The notes below the pieces were generated by a model. The model was not told the origin of the DNA and ran no database searches. It saw only the letters and a list, made by a program, of their open reading frames with translations. Shown one piece after another: positions 8,032-16,003 of a stretch of 39,328 nucleotides of DNA. How positions within the stretch are numbered: the first letter of the stretch is position 1; the number at the start of each line of letters is the position of its first letter. The translations under genes were made by a program, and so were the position numbers. Where the stretch lies: assembly GCA_036374055.1 (NCBI GenBank), contig DASUUN010000078.1:1-39328 (forward strand), read 5' to 3'. The stretch is from Burkholderiales bacterium. Lineage in GTDB: Bacteria > Pseudomonadota > Gammaproteobacteria > Burkholderiales > SG8-39.

Positions 8032-9306
8032 ATGCCCCGCGCCCTGGCCTCCGATGTGCATCTGCGCGAGGTCTGGGCGTGGAGCATGTACGACTTCGCC
8101 AACTCGGGCTACACGACGGTGGTGATCACCGCCGTGTTCAGCGCGTTCTTCGTCTCCACCATCAGCGGCAACCAGGCGTGGGCGACCTTCGCCTGGACCG
8201 CCGCCCTGTCGGTCTCCTATGCGCTCATCCTGGTCACCGGCCCGCTGATCGGCGCCTGGGCCGACGCGCACGCGGCGAAGAAGCGGCTGCTCCTTATGTC
8301 CACCGTGGGCTGCGTGGCTTTCACGGCGTTGCTGTACTTCGTGTCTCCGGGCATGGTCGGGGTGGCGCTGCTGCTGATCATTCTGTCCAACTATTTCTTC
8401 GGCACCGGCGAGAACCTGATCGCGGCGTTCCTGCCGGAGCTCGCCGACTCGCGCGCCATGGGGCGCGTGTCGGGCTGGGGCTGGAGCTTCGGCTACCTCG
8501 GCGGCATCGCCGCGCTCGGCCTGTGCCTTTTCTACATTCTGGGAAGCGGCGAAGAAGCGGTGCGCGCGGTCCCGGTCACCATGCTGATCACCGCGGCGTT
8601 CTTCGCCCTCGCGGCGACGCCCACGTTCCTGTGGCTGAAGGAGCGCGCCGCGCCCCAGGGAAAATTCGCCAACCCGTGGCAGCGAGTGAAGCAGACGCTG
8701 CAGCATTCCAGGGACTTCCGCGACCTGCGGCGCTTCCTGGTGTGCGTGCTGTTCTACCAGGCCGGCATCACCGCGGTGGTGTCGCTCGCCGCGATCTACG
8801 CCGAGCAGGCGATGAAGTTCACCATGCAGCAGACCATCGTGCTGATCCTGGTGGTGAACGTCACGGCGGCGCTGGGCGCCTTCGGCTTCGGCTACCTGCA
8901 GGATGCGATCGGGCACGTGCGGGCGGTCGCGCTCACCCTCGTCGGCTGGATCGCCGTGGTGGTCGTGGCCGGGCTTTCCCAGTCGTCCGCTTCCTTCTGG
9001 GTCGCGGCCAACCTGGCCGGCCTGTGCATGGGCTCGGCGCAGGCGGCGGGGCGCGCGATCGTCGGCTACCTCGCGCCGCCGGCGCGGCTCGCGGAGTTCT
9101 TCGGGCTGTGGGGACTGGCGATGAAGGCCGCGAGCATCTTCGGCCCGCTCACCTACGGCGCGGTCACCTGGGCGTTCGCCGGCAACCATCGCCTGGCGAT
9201 CTTCGCCACCGGCCTGTACTTCGTCCTCGGGCTGCTGTCGTTGCGCGGCGTCGATGTCGAGCGAGGTCGCCGCGCCGCGCTATCGGCGCCGTTGCCGCGA
9301 GTGTAG
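8032..9306 (+). CDS. MFS transporter, UMF1/Atg22-like family
   Basis: WAWSMYDFANSGYTTVV N-terminal signature and about 12 hydrophobic helices. ATG 8032 chosen because the longer ORF (7501) overlaps the GYD gene. Confidence 0.75.
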   Translation: MPRALASDVHLREVWAWSMYDFANSGYTTVVITAVFSAFFVSTISGNQAWATFAWTAALSVSYALILVTGPLIGAWADAHAAKKRLLLMSTVGCVAFTALLYFVSPGMVGVALLLIILSNYFFGTGENLIAAFLPELADSRAMGRVSGWGWSFGYLGGIAALGLCLFYILGSGEEAVRAVPVTMLITAAFFALAATPTFLWLKERAAPQGKFANPWQRVKQTLQHSRDFRDLRRFLVCVLFYQAGITAVVSLAAIYAEQAMKFTMQQTIVLILVVNVTAALGAFGFGYLQDAIGHVRAVALTLVGWIAVVVVAGLSQSSASFWVAANLAGLCMGSAQAAGRAIVGYLAPPARLAEFFGLWGLAMKAASIFGPLTYGAVTWAFAGNHRLAIFATGLYFVLGLLSLRGVDVERGRRAALSAPLPRV

Positions 9307-9332
9307 TCTTTGCGTGCAGGAAGCGGTGCCCC

Positions 9333-9704
9333 ATGGCGCGCCACATCCGCATCATCAACGCCCGCGACTTCGTCTCCGCGAAGCCGGACGGCGCGCTCAA
9401 CCTCGAGGAAAGCGAGCAGCTGCTGCGCGAGGTGGTGAGCGTGTCCGATCCGCTGGAGGAGTTCGACATCCTGGTCGATACGCGCGAGTCCGCCAGCACG
9501 CTGTCGGCGACCGACCTGTGGTACCTCGCCGACCGCCTGGTGAAGTACCCGAGGACCTTCGCCGGCCGCACCGCGATCCTGTGCCCGACCGAGCGCTTCG
9601 ACCACGCCAGCTTCTTCGCCCTGTGCGCCGAGAACAAGGGCGTCGAGATGCAGGCCTTCACCTCCTACGAGGAGGCCATGACCTGGCTCAGCGCTGCGCG
9701 CTGA
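9333..9704 (+). CDS. hypothetical protein (123 aa), possibly STAS/SpoIIAA-like fold
   Basis: ATG at 9333 inside the 8079..9704 ORF, with high GC3. The fold guess rests only on the alternating beta/alpha pattern. Confidence 0.5.
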   Translation: MARHIRIINARDFVSAKPDGALNLEESEQLLREVVSVSDPLEEFDILVDTRESASTLSATDLWYLADRLVKYPRTFAGRTAILCPTERFDHASFFALCAENKGVEMQAFTSYEEAMTWLSAAR

Positions 9705-10011
9705 CCGGGATGCCGTTGCGCTGCAGGGAGAGCCAGCGCAGGCGCGCGCTGCGCTCGTGCACCCGCGCGGCGTCGCGCCGCAGGAACGCCGAGTCGGTCA
9801 TGCCGTAGGCGAGGCGCGCGTCGAGGCCGGCCTGCGCGGCCAGGCGCCGCGCGAGCTCGTAGTCGCGCTGCGCGAGCGCTTCCTCGGCGCGCTGCAGGAC
9901 GTCTTCGGCCAGCCGCAGCTGCGCCGGCGCGAACGCGGCGATGGGGGGCTCGGCCCGGGCCGTCCCGCAGGCAAGCAGAACCATCGCGGCGAGGATCACT
10001 CGGCGGAGCAT
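9688..10011 (-). CDS. small lipoprotein, DUF4398-like helical protein
   Basis: Lipobox LLAC|G in MLRRVILAAMVLLACGT, followed by an Ala/Arg/Glu-rich helical body. The start overlaps the upstream gene's end by 16 nt. Confidence 0.6.
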   Translation of the reverse strand: MLRRVILAAMVLLACGTARAEPPIAAFAPAQLRLAEDVLQRAEEALAQRDYELARRLAAQAGLDARLAYGMTDSAFLRRDAARVHERSARLRWLSLQRNGIPVSAQR

Positions 10012-11063
10012 TTGCGCGGCGCGATGCCGTTTTGCCTGCGGCGATCCTCGGGCAGCGGCGCCACCCAGTCGCTGATCGCGTTCCAGCGGCGGCCGTCCCA
10101 GCGCATGAAGCGCACCCGGCCCGAGCCGGCGCCATCGCTGCATCGGGTCGCGAGCGGCGGCATGAAGCCCGCGGCGCCGAGCGCCTTCAGCCGGCGCGCG
10201 TCGAGGTCGAGGTGCTCCAGCGCCCATTGCACCTGCTTGGCGCTCACCGGCCTGCCGTTGCCGAAGCGCTGCTGCGCCACGCGCACCGCCTCCGCGGTCA
10301 TGATGCCGAACACCACGCCGCGGTTGTAGTAGAGCGAGCCGACGCCCGACGGATCCGCCAGTTCGCCGCCCCCCTTGCCGTAGACGTACTTGCGGATGGC
10401 GGCCATTACCGGGTAGGTGTCGCCCGCGGCGTGAAAGCCCGCGACGACGAAGTCCTTGGCGGCCTGGCCCGCCGGGACGACGTCCTCTTCGGCGCCCGAG
10501 GACCATACGCCCAGCATGCGGCCGCGCGGATAACCGATCTTCGCCGCGCTTGTCAGCGCGGCCGAGCTCATCTCGCCCCAACCCCACACGATCACCCAGT
10601 CGGGGCGCAGCTCGCGGATCTGCAGCCACTGCGGCTGCTGCTCGCTTCCGGGAGGCGGCACCGGGATGGTGCTCAGGCCGTAACCGTACTTTTTCGCCAG
10701 GTCGGCGAGCACCGCGATGGGCTCCTTGCCGTACGCCGAGTCGTGATGCAGCAGCGCGATCTTGCGGTCGCGCAGCTTCTCGAAGCCGCCCTCCTCCTCG
10801 CCCATGTAGCGCACCATGGCAGCGGCCTGGTCCCAGTACGTCGTGATCACCGGATACACGTACGGAAAGGCGCGCGCATCGTCGGCGTTCTTCGGCCAGG
10901 TGAACCTCACCCCATTGATGCCGCCGTCGCGGGCGTTCAGCATGTGCAGGTAATCGCGCATGCCCGCCGACATGGCCGGGACGAGCTGCTCTTTGGGCTG
11001 CGCGTGGGCAGGACCCAGGACGAGCGCCGACGTGCCGAGCAGCAATGCCACGAAGCGTTTCAT
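9996..11063 (-). CDS. ABC transporter substrate-binding protein (LivK/Peripla_BP_6-like), orphan and apparently shortened
   Basis: Signal peptide MKRFVALLLGTSALVLGPAHA. Family blocks LNARDGGINGV, HHDSAYGKEPI and WLQIRELRPDWVIVWGWG. No permease or ATPase genes nearby. Confidence 0.7.
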   Translation of the reverse strand: MKRFVALLLGTSALVLGPAHAQPKEQLVPAMSAGMRDYLHMLNARDGGINGVRFTWPKNADDARAFPYVYPVITTYWDQAAAMVRYMGEEEGGFEKLRDRKIALLHHDSAYGKEPIAVLADLAKKYGYGLSTIPVPPPGSEQQPQWLQIRELRPDWVIVWGWGEMSSAALTSAAKIGYPRGRMLGVWSSGAEEDVVPAGQAAKDFVVAGFHAAGDTYPVMAAIRKYVYGKGGGELADPSGVGSLYYNRGVVFGIMTAEAVRVAQQRFGNGRPVSAKQVQWALEHLDLDARRLKALGAAGFMPPLATRCSDGAGSGRVRFMRWDGRRWNAISDWVAPLPEDRRRQNGIAPRKCSAE

Positions 11064-11089
11064 GCAGATTTTATCCTCCCTCGCGCCGG

Positions 11090-11106
11090 CTTAAGGGAGC
11101 CTTAAC
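11090..11106 (-). promoter_or_regulatory. PmrA/QseB-type direct-repeat box CTTAAG-GGAGC-CTTAAC
   Basis: Two hexamers 11 bp apart. The box overlaps the PRC-barrel gene's stop and lies 26 nt upstream of the substrate-binding protein ATG. TAAAAT lies 16 nt from the proximal half-site. Confidence 0.55.
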
Positions 11107-11608
11107 GGCCCGTGTGCTGCACGCGAGGCTCGAGGCGAAGGTCCACGCGCAAGGTGCGCCTGGCGGCGTCTCGCGCGACGATCGCTGAGGCCGCGATTTC
11201 CAGCTTGCGTCCCGGAAGCAGCCAGTCGCGCGTCGCCGCGACCAGGCCGGCAACCGACCAGTCACCGTTGAGGAGCAGGTCATCGGCATGCCCGATGGGA
11301 CGCCCGCTCGCCTCGATGCGATAGCCCCACAGTGCCCGGCCGCTTACCAGCCGCGCGTGCTTGTCCGCGCTGATGCAGCGCCTGAGCTGCTCGCGTGTCA
11401 GGTCCACCCGCATCCCGGCCGACGGATCCAGCGCTACGCGCGCCGCCGGCACAAGTACCCGCCGCCCCGGAAACCGGTCGCCCTGGTCAATGGCCACGTA
11501 ATGCGGCGCGAGGGTGTCCTGTTCGAATAACACGTCGTTCAGCAGGCCGGCGGGACCGTCCCTTGCCGTGATGCAGCTGCCGCGCAGCGCGTTCAAGCGA
11601 TAAGCCAT
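11102..11608 (-). CDS. PRC-barrel domain protein (2 barrels, no signal peptide)
   Basis: Two PRC-barrel-like units: LRGSCITARDGPAGLLNDVLFEQDTLAPHYVAID and LWGYRIEASGRPIGHADDLLLNGDWSVAGLVA. Confidence 0.7.
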   Translation of the reverse strand: MAYRLNALRGSCITARDGPAGLLNDVLFEQDTLAPHYVAIDQGDRFPGRRVLVPAARVALDPSAGMRVDLTREQLRRCISADKHARLVSGRALWGYRIEASGRPIGHADDLLLNGDWSVAGLVAATRDWLLPGRKLEIAASAIVARDAARRTLRVDLRLEPRVQHTGR

Positions 11609-11630
11609 CGCCGCAACCTAGGCCGGCCGG

Positions 11631-11647
11631 CTTAAGGAGGGCTTAAG
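11631..11647. promoter_or_regulatory. PmrA/QseB-type box CTTAAG-GAGGG-CTTAAG in the divergent region between the PRC-barrel gene and the response regulator
   Basis: Perfect palindromic half-sites 11 bp apart. On the minus strand the order is box, 10 nt, TAGGTT, 6 nt, ATG 11608. The box lies 43 nt upstream of the regulator ATG. Confidence 0.7.
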
Positions 11648-11690
11648 CGGCGCAGCCTTGGCCGCGTACGCAACTTGCAAAGGTGGTGGC

Positions 11691-12350
11691 ATGCGCCTTT
11701 TGTTGGTGGAAGACGACCGCATGATCGGCGAAAACATCCGCGACGGGCTGGTGCAGGAAGGCCACGCGGTTGATTGGGTGCGTGACGGCTTGGAGGCCGA
11801 AGCAGCGATCCGCGGCGAGCGCTACGGTGCGGTGCTGCTCGACCTGGGGCTGCCGCGGCGCGACGGCATCGAGGTACTGCGCCGGCTGCGCGCGCTCGAC
11901 AACCCGGTCCCGGTGCTCGTCATTACGGCGCGCGACGCCGTGGCCGACCGCGTGCGCGGGCTGGATGCGGGCGCCGACGACTACCTGGTTAAGCCTTTCG
12001 ACCTGGACGAGCTGGCCGCCCGGGTGCGGGCCCTGACCCGGCGCGCCGCCGGACGCACGGCGGGGATCGTGCGGCACGGTGCGATTACGCTGGACCCGGC
12101 GAGGCGCGAAGTGCGCGTGAGCGGCAGGCCCGTAGCGCTGTCCGCGCGCGAGTATGCGGTGCTCGAAGCGCTCATCGAGCGGCCGGGGAGCGTGCTGTCG
12201 CGGGCGCAGCTCGAGGAGCGGCTCTACGGCTGGGGCGAAGAAGTGGCGAGCAATGCGGTCGAAGTCCACGTGCACAACCTTCGGCGCAAGCTGGGCGCCG
12301 ATCTCATCCGCAACGAGCGCGGCGTCGGCTATTCCATGCCGGTGACCTAG
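11691..12350 (+). CDS. OmpR/PhoB-family response regulator (PmrA/QseB/TctD-like)
   Basis: Receiver RLLLVEDD...LLDLGLP...DDYLVKPF and winged-helix LSAREYAVLEAL...VEVHVHNLRRKL...RGVGY. ATG 11691 lies behind AAGGTGG. Confidence 0.9.
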   Translation: MRLLLVEDDRMIGENIRDGLVQEGHAVDWVRDGLEAEAAIRGERYGAVLLDLGLPRRDGIEVLRRLRALDNPVPVLVITARDAVADRVRGLDAGADDYLVKPFDLDELAARVRALTRRAAGRTAGIVRHGAITLDPARREVRVSGRPVALSAREYAVLEALIERPGSVLSRAQLEERLYGWGEEVASNAVEVHVHNLRRKLGADLIRNERGVGYSMPVT

Positions 12351-13669
12351 TGTCGCTGCGGCGCCGCCTGCTGCTCGCGCTGCTCGGCGCGGTGCTCGCG
12401 TGCGGACTGCTGGCGAGCGCGGCCACCTACTACGCCGCGCGCTCCGAGGTGCAGGCGCTGCTGGACGAGGAGCTTCGCCAGGTGGCGCTGTCGCTGCGGG
12501 ATCACGCGCTGCTGGATCTGCGACCGCTCGGTTCGCCGGCGGGCGAGCACGGTCGCCGCGTCGTGGTGCAGATCTGGGACCGGCACGGATTCGCGAGCTA
12601 CCTCTCGAATGCCACCACGCCGCTGCCCTTGACCCTTACGCCCGGCTTCTCGACCCTGCCCCACGAGGGACGCGAGTGGCGCATGTTCACTCTGCGCGCG
12701 GGCGCGCAGGTGATCCAGGCGGCGCAGCCGACGGCCGAGCGCACCCAGCGCGCAGCAGCCGCCGCGCTGCGCGTGCTCGTTCCGGTGCTCGGCGCGCTGC
12801 CCTTGCTCACGGTGCTGGTGTGGCTGATCCTGGACCGCGGCTTCGCGCCGCTTTCGCGCCTGGCCAGCGCCGTCGGCGCGCGCAGCGCCCCGGCGCTCGA
12901 GCCGCTGCCCGCCGAGCGGGTGCCCGAGGAAGTGGCTCCGCTCGTCGGCGCGCTGAACAACCTTCTCGCGCGCCTGCGCGAGGCGTTCGACGTGCAGCGC
13001 CGCTTCGCCGCCGACGCGGCGCACGAGCTGCGCACGCCGCTCACCGCGCTCAAGCTGCAGATCCAGCTCCTCGAGCGGGCCCGGGGCGGCGACGAGCGCG
13101 CCACCGCCATTGCCGGCCTGAAGGAGCGAGCGCAGCGCGCGGAGCGCATCGTGCAGCAGCTCCTGGCCATGGCGCGGCTCGAGCCGGAAGCCGTCGAGCA
13201 CGCGCCGCAGCGCGTGGCCCTGGATGAAGTTGCGCGTGCGGTGGTCCGGGAGCTGTCGCCTCTGGCGACGCAGAAAGGCGTCCGGCTGCACCTCGCGCGC
13301 GCCCAGCCCGCCGGTGTACGGGGCGCGGAGGAAGCGCTGCGCCTTCTCGCCACGAACCTGGTCGACAACGCCATCCGCTACACACCGGCGGGCGGTGAAG
13401 TGCAGGTAAGCACGACGGGCGCGGAAGGTCTGGCGATTCTTCAGGTGAGCGACGACGGCCCGGGGATTCCCGCTGCCGAGCGCGAGCGGGTGTTCGATCG
13501 CTTCTATCGCGGCGCGGCGGCGCCGGAAGGCGGCAGCGGGCTCGGTCTGGCGATCGTGCGCCGGGTGGCCCAGCTCCATGGCGCTCGCGTGGAGCTGGCC
13601 GAGGGCCTGCAGGGCCGTGGGCTGACGACGCGCTTGGTTGCGCCGGCCGCAGACCAAGCGACGCCTTAA
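12350..13669 (+). CDS. sensor histidine kinase (QseC/PmrB-like, 2CSK_N-type periplasmic loop)
   Basis: GTG start overlaps the regulator stop (TAGTG). Two TM helices, H-box FAADAAHELRTPLT, N box NLVDNAIRYTP, G boxes DDGPGIP and GSGLGLAIV. Confidence 0.9.
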   Translation: MSLRRRLLLALLGAVLACGLLASAATYYAARSEVQALLDEELRQVALSLRDHALLDLRPLGSPAGEHGRRVVVQIWDRHGFASYLSNATTPLPLTLTPGFSTLPHEGREWRMFTLRAGAQVIQAAQPTAERTQRAAAAALRVLVPVLGALPLLTVLVWLILDRGFAPLSRLASAVGARSAPALEPLPAERVPEEVAPLVGALNNLLARLREAFDVQRRFAADAAHELRTPLTALKLQIQLLERARGGDERATAIAGLKERAQRAERIVQQLLAMARLEPEAVEHAPQRVALDEVARAVVRELSPLATQKGVRLHLARAQPAGVRGAEEALRLLATNLVDNAIRYTPAGGEVQVSTTGAEGLAILQVSDDGPGIPAAERERVFDRFYRGAAAPEGGSGLGLAIVRRVAQLHGARVELAEGLQGRGLTTRLVAPAADQATP

Positions 13670-13681
13670 GCGCCAGCTAAG
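13665..13681 (+). promoter_or_regulatory. imperfect PmrA/QseB-type box CTTAAG-CGCCA-GCTAAG upstream of DegQ-1
   Basis: Overlaps the kinase stop codon. It is followed by 10 nt, then CAAGCT (-10-like), then a 34-nt leader with an AGGAGA RBS before ATG 13732. Confidence 0.5.
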
Positions 13682-13731
13682 CGTCGCGGGTCAAGCTGGC
13701 GCCCCGGCTCATAACGAACCCAGGAGACAGC

Positions 13732-15150
13732 ATGAACTCAGCAGCAACCTTCAAGCGCCCGCTGATCGCGCTCGCCGTTGCCTCGGTACTGGCAGCGGGC
13801 TGCAGCGAAGTGACGCTTCCCGGCGTGCGCAATGCCAATGCGGTGGCCGTACAGCCCTTCGCCGCACAAGCAGCGGCGAGCGCCCTTCCAGACTTCGCCT
13901 CGCTGGTCGAGCAGCACGGGCCGGCGGTAGTGAAGATCGAGGTGAGCAAGGTGCAGCGCGCCTCGCTGCCCGAGCAGGCGCCGCCCCAGCTCGACGAATT
14001 CTTCCGGCACTTCGGCGTTCCGCGGCCCGAGGGCCGCCTCATGCCGAACCCCGCGCCCGCGCAGGGCGTGGGCTCGGGCTTCGTCGTCAGCCCGGACGGC
14101 ACGATCCTCACCAATGCGCACGTGGTCGACGGCGCCGGCGAAGTGACCGTGAAGCTGTCGGACAAGCGCGAATTCACGGCCAAGGTGGTCGGCGTGGATC
14201 GCATGACCGACGTCGCGGTCGTCAAGGTCGAAGCATCCGGCCTTCCGACCGTGAAGATCGGCGACCCGGCGAAGACGCGGGTCGGCGAATGGGTGGCGGC
14301 GATCGGCTCGCCGTTCGGCATGGACCACTCCGTCACCTCGGGCATCGTGTCGGCCAAGTCGCGCAACCTGCCGAACGAGCGCCTCGTGCCGTTCCTCCAG
14401 ACCGACGTCGCGGTGAACCCGGGCAACTCCGGCGGGCCGCTCTTCAACATGGCGGGCGAAGTGATCGGCATCAACTCGCAGATCTACAGCACCACGGGCG
14501 GCTACATGGGGATGTCGTTCGCCATCCCGATCGACGTGGCGATGAAGGTCAAGGAGCAGCTCGTGGCGCACGGCAAGGTGACGCGCGGGCGCATCGGCGT
14601 GACCGTCCAGCAAGTGACCCCGGCGCTCGCGCAGTCGTTCGGCCTGGACAAGCCGCGCGGCGCGCTCGTTTCGGGCATCGAGCCCGGCGGTCCGGCCGCT
14701 GACGGCGGCCTGCAGGCGGGCGACGTGGTCGTGGCCTTCAACGGCAAGCCGATCGCGAGCTCCGGCGAGCTGCCGGCGCTGGTGGCGGAGACCAAGCCCG
14801 GCGAGACCGTAAAGGTGGGCGTCGTGCGCAAGGGCGCCGAGCGGCAGATGCAGCTCACCGTAGGCGAAATGCCTTCGGAGCGCACCAGCGTCGCGGGCGC
14901 GCCGGCCCTGCAGCAGGGCAAGCTCGGCGTGTCCGTGCGGCCCGGCGACAAGGGGCTGGAGATCGAGCAGGCCGAGGGGCCGGCGGCCAAGGCCGGCCTG
15001 CGCGCCGGCGACATCATCGTCGGTGTCAACGGCACCCCGGTGCGCTCCATCGACGAGCTGCGAAACGCGGTAGAGGGCGCGGGCGGCAACCTGGCCATCC
15101 TCGTGCAGCGCGGCAACGCGCGCCTTTACGTTCCGGTGCAGATCGGCTAG
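13732..15150 (+). CDS. DegQ/MucD-family periplasmic serine endoprotease (HtrA), 2 PDZ domains
   Basis: Signal peptide. Catalytic motifs TNAHVV, DVAVVKV, GNSGGPL. Two PDZ segments (GALVSGIEPGGPAADGGLQAGDVV and GLRAGDIIVGVNG). Confidence 0.9.
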   Translation: MNSAATFKRPLIALAVASVLAAGCSEVTLPGVRNANAVAVQPFAAQAAASALPDFASLVEQHGPAVVKIEVSKVQRASLPEQAPPQLDEFFRHFGVPRPEGRLMPNPAPAQGVGSGFVVSPDGTILTNAHVVDGAGEVTVKLSDKREFTAKVVGVDRMTDVAVVKVEASGLPTVKIGDPAKTRVGEWVAAIGSPFGMDHSVTSGIVSAKSRNLPNERLVPFLQTDVAVNPGNSGGPLFNMAGEVIGINSQIYSTTGGYMGMSFAIPIDVAMKVKEQLVAHGKVTRGRIGVTVQQVTPALAQSFGLDKPRGALVSGIEPGGPAADGGLQAGDVVVAFNGKPIASSGELPALVAETKPGETVKVGVVRKGAERQMQLTVGEMPSERTSVAGAPALQQGKLGVSVRPGDKGLEIEQAEGPAAKAGLRAGDIIVGVNGTPVRSIDELRNAVEGAGGNLAILVQRGNARLYVPVQIG

Positions 15151-15175
15151 GCGCTCAGCCTCCTACCTTGGCGCC

Positions 15176-15214
15176 GCAGCGGCTTCGCGCCGGATTCGGG
15201 ACCGAAGCCGCTGC
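15176..15214. terminator. 12-bp GC-rich hairpin between convergent genes (bidirectional terminator candidate)
   Basis: GCAGCGGCTTCG (15176-15187) pairs with CGAAGCCGCTGC (15203-15214), with a 15-nt loop. There is no clear U-tract. Confidence 0.5.
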
Positions 15215-15229
15215 GCCCGCCTTAGGCGC

Positions 15230-15871
15230 TTACTTGCGGTACTTGCTGTACTCGGACCGGCTCAAGCTGCCGTCGTTATCGGTATCAAGCCGCTGGAACG
15301 TCGATCCCGAGGAGGCGCTGCCGCCCGAGGAGGCGCTGCTGCCGCCCTGGCCGGACTGCGCTGTGGGCGAGCCGCCCGTGCACGCCACCTTGACCGAGCT
15401 GATGTCCTCGAAGAAGCCCAGCTTTTCGTCTAGGTCCGCCACCTTCTGCCCGGGCTTGAAGGTCGCCGCCCTTTGCTCGTAGTTCTCATTGTCGTACACG
15501 GTCAGCCTGGCCTTCGGCCCGACGGCGATGCTGTCGAATTCACCGCTCCAATCCGTGCCGAATGCGGTGCGCATGTTCGGCATGTCGACCGGACCGACCA
15601 GCGACAGCTGGTTGCCCTCGAAGTTGGTGCTGTCGTACAAGCGCGCCCAGCAGCCATTGCTGAAACTGTCCCGGCTCGCCACCTGAACCGGCACCAGCAC
15701 GATGAGCGGAGCGTTGGCGGCCGCGGTTGCGCCGCTCGAGCCGCTTTGCTTCTTGCTGCTCTGGCTGGGGCCGGAGGACTGCGGCTTATCCTGTTGGTTC
15801 TGCGCCATGGCGCCGGTTGCGGCGAAGGCCGCGGCTACACCTACTGCGAGAAGCTTCATCGAATGCATCAT
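15230..15871 (-). CDS. secreted beta/gamma-crystallin-like domain protein with C-terminal EF-hand
   Basis: Signal peptide MKLLAVGVAAAFAATGAMA. Greek-key motifs YDSTNFEG and YDNENYEQ. EF-hand loop DTDNDGSLSRSE. AGGAGG RBS. Confidence 0.7.
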   Translation of the reverse strand: MMHSMKLLAVGVAAAFAATGAMAQNQQDKPQSSGPSQSSKKQSGSSGATAAANAPLIVLVPVQVASRDSFSNGCWARLYDSTNFEGNQLSLVGPVDMPNMRTAFGTDWSGEFDSIAVGPKARLTVYDNENYEQRAATFKPGQKVADLDEKLGFFEDISSVKVACTGGSPTAQSGQGGSSASSGGSASSGSTFQRLDTDNDGSLSRSEYSKYRK

Positions 15872-15908
15872 TTCCTCCTATGGCGTTGAAGGTTCAGCCA
15901 TCGGATTT

Positions 15909-15924
15909 CGCAAGCCCCGTTCCC
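15909..15924 (-). promoter_or_regulatory. sigma-54-type -24/-12 promoter GGGAACGGGGCTTGCG for the crystallin/EF-hand gene
   Basis: GG-N10-GC spacing with a TTGC -12 element. The predicted TSS is near 15898, giving a ~27-nt leader that contains the AGGAGG RBS. Confidence 0.5.
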
Positions 15925-15973
15925 GCGATGACCGCGCGCGGCCGGGCCGGAAAATGCGCAATCCATACATCGG

Positions 15974-15996
15974 CCCGCTGTAACGCGTTCAGCGGG
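15974..15996 (-). terminator. hairpin CCCGCTG-N9-CAGCGGG downstream of gene 16004..16486
   Basis: 7-bp stem, extendable through the palindromic AACGCGTT loop, 8 nt after the stop. No U-tract. Confidence 0.35.
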
Positions 15997-16003
15997 AGAA
16001 ACC

